Shown: positions 7,406 through 14,486 of the stretch, one piece after another | Layout: each line of letters starts with the position of its first letter | Numbering within the stretch: the first letter of the stretch is position 1 | From: Parcubacteria group bacterium | GTDB taxonomy: Bacteria; Patescibacteriota; Microgenomatia; UBA1400; PJMF01 | Assembly: GCA_943350175.1 (NCBI GenBank) | Contig: CALQZX010000006.1 | Location: 1 to 51,375, forward strand | Length of the DNA stretch: 51,375 nt | Direction of reading: 5' to 3' | The notes under the pieces: model-generated | The model's input: the letters and a program-made list of their open reading frames with translations, nothing else | What the model was told of the DNA's origin: nothing | Database searches by the model: none | Translations under genes and position numbers: made by a program

Positions 7406-9445
7406 TTACTTCTTCAAAAACGTATCCAGCAAACTCAAGTCTTGTGCACCTAGATCGCCACTTTGACTTATTTCTGCCTTCAATTCGCCGTTCTTGATCA
7501 TTTCTTCTGCTCTCTCACGAGCTTTGCCACGAACACGTATGCCAACTTTATTAGCTTCGATTTCACTGTCGCCAATGATAAGCATGAGTGGCACTCTAGC
7601 TACCTCAGCGGCACGAATTTTGGCCTGCAAACGCTCTGAGCGATCATCAATTTCAACTCTGACGTCCAGATCCATGAGTTGCTCAAAAACCTTATGTGCG
7701 TACTCGTTATGACGATCAGCAATTGGCAAAATTTTGACTTGCACTGGTGCCAGCCAAACTGGGAAATCACCGCCATGATGCTCAATTAAGAATGAGAAAA
7801 AGCGCTCAAAAGAACCGATCAAAGCACGATGAATTACAAATGGACGTTCATTTTCACCTTTTTCGTTGACGTAAGTAATGTCAAAACGCTCTGGCAAGTT
7901 GAAGTCCACTTGAATGGTGGAAATACTATCTTCTTTACCAAAAACGTTAACTGCTTGCACATCAAGCTTTGGACCATAGAAAGCTGCTTCGCCCTTAGCC
8001 TCGACGTATTCGACGCCTGCTTCATCAAGAATTTCGCGTAAAATACCCTCGGCTTTATCCCAATCTGCTCGACTGCCACAGTTCTGAAACTTAGCTTTTT
8101 CTGGATCAGATAGCGACAAACGGAAGTGGTAGTTATTAAAACCCATGTCTTTATAGAACATGTCCAACATACGCATCACTTCACGGAACTGATCTTTCAG
8201 TTGAGCTGGGGTACAGAAAATATGAGCATCATTTTGCGTAAAACCACGCACGCGTTGCAAACCATGAAGTTCACCGGATTTCTCGCGACGATAAACCGTG
8301 CCAAATTCACCCATCTTAATTGGCAGATCACGATAGCTATGATTTTTAAGTTTGTAGACCATCATGCCGGCCGGACAGTTCATTGGTTTGGGATAATAAA
8401 CTTCATCAGAGCTTATAACTTTGCCCGAATCATCTTTTTCTTCGTAGGTCAAAGCAGGGTACATACTTTCATCATAAAAGCCTAAATGTCCTGATGTTTC
8501 AAATAATTCTTTTCTATTCAAATGTGGAGTCAAAATGTGAACATACCCAAAACGTCTTTCCATCTTCATCATGTAGTTCTCTAAAACACGACGCATGGCA
8601 TAACCATTTGGCAACCAAACTGGAAGACCTTGACCAATCTCAGGAATGATGGCAAAAAGCTCCATTTCCTTACCAATTTTACGATGATTGCGCTCTTCAG
8701 CTAGTTGTTTGTTGGCTAAGTATTCATCTAAATCAGCTTGGGTAGCAAAAGCCGTGCCATAGATACGAGTTAGCATTTTATTTTTCTCATTACCGCGCCA
8801 ATAAGCACCCGCAATACTGAGTAATTTAAAGGCTTTAATCTCAGAAATTTTGCTGACATGTGGCCCTTTACATAAATCGACAAATGAAGCCAATTTAATG
8901 CTGGCGCCATCGTTATTTGCCATCATTTCCAGGCCAGCTAACAATTTCTTATCCGCTTCAATTTGCTCTGCTCTGCCAGTTAGATAGAAGGTCAATTTGC
9001 TTGGTTTTTTCTCCAACATTTGATGTTTGACTGGAGATTTACCATCACTGACAGATTCACTCAATTCAAAATCCTGAGCATTCTCCAAGCCATCTAATAG
9101 TTCTTGTTTATAAATATTATTGGCGAAAACTTGTCTAGCCACTTTCATCGAAGCGTCGACTCTTTCCATCAATAAGCCTTGCTGAATAAGCTTTTTCATT
9201 TCCTTTTCAATTTTTGGAAAATCTTTTTCTGAGATTTTTAGACCTTTTTCACGAGCACCATCCTCAACATCGAAGTCGAAATAAAAACCATCAGCAATGG
9301 CCGGACCCATAGCCTTAATAATTACTGGATTACTCTTCTCATCACTGCCATAAAGTCGCTCCATAACCATAGTCAGCACGTGCTCGGCAGTGTGACGCAT
9401 TGGTAAAAGTTCTTCGGCTTGGTTTTGATTTTTTTGCTTTGGCAT
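7406..9445 (-). CDS. thrS: Threonyl-tRNA synthetase lacking the N-terminal TGS domain
   Basis: The editing-domain motifs HTAEH and CKGPH are present. Class II catalytic motifs are present (..HRKIG.., FRLSLS.., RVRGFTQNDAHIFC, GEAAFYGPKLD). The C-terminal anticodon-binding domain is also present. Confidence 0.95.
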   Translation of the reverse strand: MPKQKNQNQAEELLPMRHTAEHVLTMVMERLYGSDEKSNPVIIKAMGPAIADGFYFDFDVEDGAREKGLKISEKDFPKIEKEMKKLIQQGLLMERVDASMKVARQVFANNIYKQELLDGLENAQDFELSESVSDGKSPVKHQMLEKKPSKLTFYLTGRAEQIEADKKLLAGLEMMANNDGASIKLASFVDLCKGPHVSKISEIKAFKLLSIAGAYWRGNEKNKMLTRIYGTAFATQADLDEYLANKQLAEERNHRKIGKEMELFAIIPEIGQGLPVWLPNGYAMRRVLENYMMKMERRFGYVHILTPHLNRKELFETSGHLGFYDESMYPALTYEEKDDSGKVISSDEVYYPKPMNCPAGMMVYKLKNHSYRDLPIKMGEFGTVYRREKSGELHGLQRVRGFTQNDAHIFCTPAQLKDQFREVMRMLDMFYKDMGFNNYHFRLSLSDPEKAKFQNCGSRADWDKAEGILREILDEAGVEYVEAKGEAAFYGPKLDVQAVNVFGKEDSISTIQVDFNLPERFDITYVNEKGENERPFVIHRALIGSFERFFSFLIEHHGGDFPVWLAPVQVKILPIADRHNEYAHKVFEQLMDLDVRVEIDDRSERLQAKIRAAEVARVPLMLIIGDSEIEANKVGIRVRGKARERAEEMIKNGELKAEISQSGDLGAQDLSLLDTFLKK

Positions 9446-9522
9446 AATGCCTTTCTTTTTTGATTTCTAATTGTTATTTTACTTTGTTTCCTTTTAATTT
9501 GTTTGCGAAGTTAAAAAAATGA

Positions 9523-9558
9523 GTCCGTCTTCCGTCCATGTTCCAGACACTCCTTCGT
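9523..9558. repeat. Copy A of a conserved ~35-nt intergenic motif (second copy at 26780-26814, opposite orientation)
   Basis: The minus-strand reading ACGAAGGAGTGTCTGGAACATGGACGGAAGACGGAC aligns with the plus strand of 26780-26814. The first 17 nt are identical and about 29 of 35 positions match overall. Confidence 0.6.
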
Positions 9559-9570
9559 ATAACTCAGTCA

Positions 9571-9594
9571 CAAAAAATCCCGCTCTTGGCGGGG
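9571..9594 (-). terminator. Intrinsic terminator downstream of the 816-aa gene operon
   Basis: The minus strand reads ccccgc-caaga-gcgggA followed by TTTTTTG. On the plus strand the same hairpin is followed by TTCTTATTTTT. Confidence 0.6.
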
Positions 9595-9690
9595 TTCTTA
9601 TTTTTCTTAAACAACAAAAAATACCCCGCTTCTTAAGCAGTGGTAGTAGTTTTGTTGTTTGAAAAAGCTTTTAACACAAAGGTGATTATA

Positions 9691-9806
9691 TTTCAGACCC
9701 TGTCTTTTTGCAATGTAATGCAAAAAGCAGCTGGTATGAAAGATGCAAAGCGAATTTCGGACCCTGTCTTTTTGCAAAAGCAAAAAGCAGCTGGTACGAA
9801 AGATGC
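9691..9806. repeat. Two tandem copies of a 52-56-nt hairpin-containing unit
   Basis: 9691-9746 and 9755-9806 share tttc[a/g]gaccctgtctttttgca...gcaaaaagcagctggta[t/c]gaaagatgc. Each unit contains an ~11-12-bp stem (ctgtctttttgc / gcaaaaagcag) with one bulged nucleotide. Confidence 0.7.
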
Positions 9807-9855
9807 TTTGCCATGGAACCTAGAAAATTAAACTGGCAAGACTTTTTTAAGCTAG

Positions 9856-12306
9856 TTACAAGCTCATGCTACTAACAGCAGTCACCAATCTGATGAGTTC
9901 TTTGTCTTCTATTTTTACTGAAGAAACCATTGGCATAGGATTTCTAGGCTTGTCACTCGCAGACTCAAATTTTCCTTTTACAAGTGTAATTATCACTGCT
10001 AGCCAATCTGCATGAGAGAAAACTTCTTTTGTCATACTAATTCTTGTTTTACTTAAAAAATCTCCAGGATCTCGGACAATGGAGGTTACAACACCTTCTA
10101 CAAAATTGTTAACTTCTTCTATCAATTTCTTAACCAAGGGAGATTTATTTAGTGATTGATAAATTAAATCAATTATCTCATCCTGAGAATAAGACTGCTC
10201 TGCCTGAGCAATAATCTTTTTTTGGACTTCTTCTGATAAGTATTTACCAACATCAATTTTCAAATTAACGTATTGCAAGTCTCCACTTTTAAATAAAGAT
10301 GAATTAATAATTCTTTCGCGAAAACTTGTTTTATTATTTCCATCAATAAATCCATCAAAAGTAAATGTCAATTTCCCCTTTGAAAAGAGATTGATTACTT
10401 TTTCCTTTTTTTGAGCAGCAGTATATGTTTCACCAGCAGTTCTACCTGGCTTCATCCAACTATACGATTTTCCTAAGGCATCTACCTCATCTGGAATATT
10501 GATATAACCGACATGCCTTTCTTCTGCTATCTCATCAGATTGGAATTTTGGATCCAATAGCTCTATCTTTCCATTTTTATCAACTAAGGCTCCATCAATC
10601 AGTTTAACAACAGCAGTTAAATCAGCAGGCAATGAAAGGCTGTTAATTTCTTCATCTAATTCATTGCGATCATAACCAAGAATTAAAACCAAATAGTCAA
10701 CTGCCTCTTGTTTTGCCAAATCATAAATTTCTGGATCCAAATCTTTGCTTATATCAAGATAAGCATTTTTTTGAAATCCAATCCTAGAAACAACTTCGTT
10801 ACGCCTCTGTAAAAGCTTGTCATTGCTTGCTAGATTTCTTTCAATTAAAACTTGAATGATGCTATTTCTAATTTCCTGAACTTTTCTCTCATTAAATTTG
10901 TCAGATGTCTCCTTGGTTCTTTGACGGTTGTCAAAGTAATCAGAAAAAACAGGTGACAACACTCCCAAGCGACCGAATTCAGAAGATGAAACTTGAATAT
11001 GGTTTACAACCTTCTCCATAGCAGCTAGTTCACTAGATAAGGTATTTACAATTTCCTTTAGAAAATCGCGTGTTTGCTGGCTCATTTCTGCTGGAGTTGA
11101 CCTACTAATATACAAGTCAACATAATCATCCAAAAATGAGAGATCTTTTTTGACAGCAACTGCAGTCACGCCACTAAAGTCAAAAGATTCTAGCTTAGCT
11201 AAGAGAGATTCTATTATCTTTGAGGACATTCTTTGGATTGGATCTACGCTCGCCGCATCGAAAAGTTGCAGAAATATTTCATCATCTATAAAAGCTTCTT
11301 GCAGTTTTTTTGGAATCACCTTGGCTAGTTTTTCGCTCAGAGCATCTCTTAGTTCTTTTACCACTCCCTCCAATTCAAGCTTTCTTTTCTCTGTTTCTTC
11401 TTCTTTGTAAGATTCTAAAAGTTTTTCAGCAAGCCCTCTTAACTCAGCTTGTTGGTAGCCACTAAAGTTAGCTAAAACGACGAAAAGCTTTTGATTATCT
11501 ATGTCATCTTTTGCCTTTTGCAAAGCCTCTAACATTGATTTGACTGTTTGAGAATCCTGAGAATATGATTCTAACAAACTAATGAGCTCGCTGAGTTTAG
11601 ATATTGAAGATGATTTGTCCTGCAACTCAAATATTATCTTATCTTCTAGATTCTCTTTAGCTGATTGTGTCAACAAATCACAAATGTAATTTCTCAACTT
11701 TTCATTTTCTATTGAGCTTAGTTTCGTTAAGATGAATTCTCTACTAGAATTTTCTTTGAGTTCTTCATAGCTATTCAGGTTAAAATCTACAACTATCTGA
11801 CCGATGAGGGTGGAATATTGCCTAGCATCTTGACCAATTTTTTCATTTGCAGAACTTGCTTCACCACTCAAAATTGAAAGGAGGGAATCTAATGAACGAC
11901 TAGTTAGCAGCTGCCTAACAAAATAAAAATATTCTATTTGTTGTCGTTTTTTTTCCTTTTCAGTCTCATCTTTTTTTTCTGATAAATATTCTTCTATTCT
12001 AGTAGTAACCTCACGATGAAGTTCGTCTACCTGCGCAATCAGTAGCTCATCAGCTGATTCTTCATCAGTTAATTGATTGGCTAATTTATTTTTTTTATTA
12101 ATTAAAATATCAGATTCAGCTTTAACAGAATTTATCTCATTAAATAATCCAGTTAAACCTTTTACTGTCTTACCTAAATCACTTTCAAAAAAAGATTCTA
12201 AATTTTTATATTTATCAATTAATTCTTGGAGTTTTTTGCGAACAGATTCTTTTCTTTGCGATTCATTTGGTTCTGGTGATGATGGAGAGTCTGGTAGGTT
12301 CACCAA
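9856..12306 (-). CDS. Hypothetical 816-aa acidic, helical/coiled-coil-rich protein with no TM segment
   Basis: Long intact ORF with a GTG start at 12304-12306. Long E/K/L-rich stretches. I recognise no family motif. It is the last gene of the minus-strand operon. Confidence 0.6.
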   Translation of the reverse strand: MVNLPDSPSSPEPNESQRKESVRKKLQELIDKYKNLESFFESDLGKTVKGLTGLFNEINSVKAESDILINKKNKLANQLTDEESADELLIAQVDELHREVTTRIEEYLSEKKDETEKEKKRQQIEYFYFVRQLLTSRSLDSLLSILSGEASSANEKIGQDARQYSTLIGQIVVDFNLNSYEELKENSSREFILTKLSSIENEKLRNYICDLLTQSAKENLEDKIIFELQDKSSSISKLSELISLLESYSQDSQTVKSMLEALQKAKDDIDNQKLFVVLANFSGYQQAELRGLAEKLLESYKEEETEKRKLELEGVVKELRDALSEKLAKVIPKKLQEAFIDDEIFLQLFDAASVDPIQRMSSKIIESLLAKLESFDFSGVTAVAVKKDLSFLDDYVDLYISRSTPAEMSQQTRDFLKEIVNTLSSELAAMEKVVNHIQVSSSEFGRLGVLSPVFSDYFDNRQRTKETSDKFNERKVQEIRNSIIQVLIERNLASNDKLLQRRNEVVSRIGFQKNAYLDISKDLDPEIYDLAKQEAVDYLVLILGYDRNELDEEINSLSLPADLTAVVKLIDGALVDKNGKIELLDPKFQSDEIAEERHVGYINIPDEVDALGKSYSWMKPGRTAGETYTAAQKKEKVINLFSKGKLTFTFDGFIDGNNKTSFRERIINSSLFKSGDLQYVNLKIDVGKYLSEEVQKKIIAQAEQSYSQDEIIDLIYQSLNKSPLVKKLIEEVNNFVEGVVTSIVRDPGDFLSKTRISMTKEVFSHADWLAVIITLVKGKFESASDKPRNPMPMVSSVKIEDKELIRLVTAVSSMSL

Positions 12307-12368
12307 ATAATCGTAACATAGACAAACCTACTTATAAAGGCAAAGCATTAAACAAACTATCTGAGAAT

Positions 12369-14486
12369 TTATCCTGCTCCACCGCCTCCGCCACCACCTC
12401 CGCCACCTCCACCTCCAGAGAAACCACCACTTGAACCACTACCGGAAGCACCGTAGCTAGTGGAGACATTGCTGGAAAGAGTGTTAAAGGCTCCGCCAAG
12501 AGAGTTCAAAGAATCAGCGAATCCTCCCAGACTTATAGAGTTTAAATCCCCTACCGATGAGTCGCCTAGATTATTAAAGCTAGAAACTCCCCAGTAAGTT
12601 GTTAGAACCTTTTGATCACCATCTGAAAAATGCACTGGCAATTGCGATAAGGCTTTCATCGAAACGCCAAAAAGTGTTCCATAAATTAAATACTTTTCCC
12701 ATAAAATGACGCTGTCTATCGAATATTCCTCTGTCTTTTTGTAATCAAACATATGTTTCTTGAAAGCTTTCCAGGAACTGGCTTCTTCCCAACCCTTTTT
12801 GGTGCGTTTTTGAGCATGAGCTTGCAAGACAGTAAAAGCCATTCCTATCGAGAAGAAAACGATTAAATTGCCTATCGCAGCAAACAAACCCAGGCTTGCC
12901 CAAGCAGTCGTTTTTGCAGATGATTCATTATCGAGAAGACTACCGAGCAAAAACAACAAAATAAAGCTAAAAAACGGCACTAGAAGGACTCGCAGAGCAG
13001 AAAAACTCTTGGCATAGTCGTAAGAAGCTCTTTCAAAGTAGCCTTCTTTTAAGCCCTCGTCTAAAGCGATTTTCTCCAAACCTTTAAAGAAAGTGTAACT
13101 AGAAGATGGAAAAGTTTTCACATACTGGCCAATGTCTAGAAGTGCTAATCTTTTTTTGGTTTGGTCAGTTGGCGCAGAAGAAAGTTCTACTCTTTTTACC
13201 CACTCTTGGCTCTTTTCGTCAAAAAATTGCAAATAGGTTTTGCCAATTTTATCGGTCAAAAATTCATAGACTTCTCTTTCTACTGCTGCCAATTCTACAA
13301 CTCTTGAACCTTTAACAACTTCATCGATTCCAGAAACCACGCGATTGGTTTTTTCCAGAAAGTATTTATATTCTTTTTTGAAAAAACCCTCTTTCTTATT
13401 ACTGCGAGTGATTTTGAAAAGTTTTTTCTGGACGAGTGATAAAACAGTGGCAGTAAAAACTTTAGGATTAAGACTGGCGGTGGCAGTCAAAATTTGTGTG
13501 ACCAAAGCCGGCTCGCTATCAGCTGGCGGCTCCCAAACACCACTCAATTTTTTTAGTGGCTTGTCTTTGCCTAGTCGCCAGAATTTAGAAAATTCCACGA
13601 CTGTCAGAAAAAATCCAAGTAAAGAGAGCAAGACTGCTGAAACAAAATAAAAGAAACCAAGACGCTCTGCTTTTCTAAATTTCGCTATCGTATCATTAAT
13701 AAAAGATTCTTCTTCTTTCAAAATTCCTGCCTGAGTCAGCGAATCACTCACTCCATTTAAGAAGAGATTCTTTGGCATCAATATTCTGCCCTCAAAAAAC
13801 TTATTCATCGGCAACTGGCTAGCTTGCAGTAAAACGTAATGAAGACCATTTTCTTTTTCTGGCAAAGTAGAAATGCTCACCTGAGCATTAAGTGGACCAT
13901 GACCAAATGCTTTGACACTATCCATTTGGCTAGGCAAGATTTCTTTAGGCAAATAAATTCTGGCCTTAATATTTGCGCTTGGCACTTCCCAATCACTTCC
14001 AATGAATTGCCAATAGAGCTCAGCCACATCCTCATGTTTAGTTATAGCATTGTCGACTTTGTAACTTAGAACAAAATTCTTAACTTCATAATTTGCCTGA
14101 AAATGCCATTGTAAATAATACTGATCGCCACGATCCTCCACTGCAAAAGTATTGTCTGGATTATTTCTGGCCTCCTCAAAATTAACAACATTTTTATCCA
14201 ACTGCTTGTAGCAAACTTTAGTATCTTTTTCGCAAAGCGTGAAGTTACTTAAAATATACTGTTCTCCGCGAGCAGCATTTTTATCAAAGTATTGGTAAAC
14301 AAAACGATAATCACCTTGAAAGTTAAAGCGCCTTTCCTCAGTGACACTCATTGAACCATCTTTATTAAGAAAAGCTTGAATCTCAACGTTATCTAAAGTG
14401 TATTCTTTGGCGGAAATTGGCGAAGAAAAAAGAAAAACAAAACTTGTTCCAAAAAAAAATAACAATAAATTGATTAATTTACTCAT
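12369..14486 (-). CDS. DUF2207-family membrane protein
   Basis: N-terminal signal (LLLFFFGTSFVFLFSSPISA) followed by an ~240-aa ectodomain (YTLDNVEIQAFLNKDGSMSVTEERRFNFQGDYRFVYQYF), with several TM helices. The tail is Gly-rich (SGSGSSGGFSGGGGGGGGGGGGGAG), which is typical of DUF2207. The start overlaps the FtsX gene by 8 nt. Confidence 0.75.
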   Translation of the reverse strand: MSKLINLLLFFFGTSFVFLFSSPISAKEYTLDNVEIQAFLNKDGSMSVTEERRFNFQGDYRFVYQYFDKNAARGEQYILSNFTLCEKDTKVCYKQLDKNVVNFEEARNNPDNTFAVEDRGDQYYLQWHFQANYEVKNFVLSYKVDNAITKHEDVAELYWQFIGSDWEVPSANIKARIYLPKEILPSQMDSVKAFGHGPLNAQVSISTLPEKENGLHYVLLQASQLPMNKFFEGRILMPKNLFLNGVSDSLTQAGILKEEESFINDTIAKFRKAERLGFFYFVSAVLLSLLGFFLTVVEFSKFWRLGKDKPLKKLSGVWEPPADSEPALVTQILTATASLNPKVFTATVLSLVQKKLFKITRSNKKEGFFKKEYKYFLEKTNRVVSGIDEVVKGSRVVELAAVEREVYEFLTDKIGKTYLQFFDEKSQEWVKRVELSSAPTDQTKKRLALLDIGQYVKTFPSSSYTFFKGLEKIALDEGLKEGYFERASYDYAKSFSALRVLLVPFFSFILLFLLGSLLDNESSAKTTAWASLGLFAAIGNLIVFFSIGMAFTVLQAHAQKRTKKGWEEASSWKAFKKHMFDYKKTEEYSIDSVILWEKYLIYGTLFGVSMKALSQLPVHFSDGDQKVLTTYWGVSSFNNLGDSSVGDLNSISLGGFADSLNSLGGAFNTLSSNVSTSYGASGSGSSGGFSGGGGGGGGGGGGGAG

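Noticed and set aside
9446-9700. A T-box riboswitch, or an E. coli-style tRNA-Thr anticodon-arm mimic operator, upstream of thrS
   Set aside because: I could not find the T-box consensus (AA..GGGTGGTACCGCG) on the thrS strand. The hairpin loop containing UGUAA (an anticodon-like UGU) is on the plus strand, which is antisense to thrS. A terminator-like hairpin at 9519-9553 (minus strand) remains unexplained, so attenuation is not excluded.
9691-9806. A CRISPR array
   Set aside because: There are only two repeat units, separated by 8 nt, with no spacer-sized unique segments. No cas genes are in the window.
9640-9831. A 63-aa plus-strand ORF in the thrS upstream region
   Set aside because: Its internally repeated peptide (QKAAGMKDA / QKAAGTKDA) simply reflects the tandem hairpin repeat at 9691-9806. 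It has no RBS and lies in a region antisense to the operon's 3' UTR.
12369-12425. The poly-glycine tail of the DUF2207 protein as a slippage-prone simple-sequence repeat (phase variation)
   Set aside because: The Gly codons are mixed (GGT/GGA/GGC/GGG), so there is no homopolymer or perfect short tandem repeat at the DNA level. A Gly-rich tail is a normal feature of the family.
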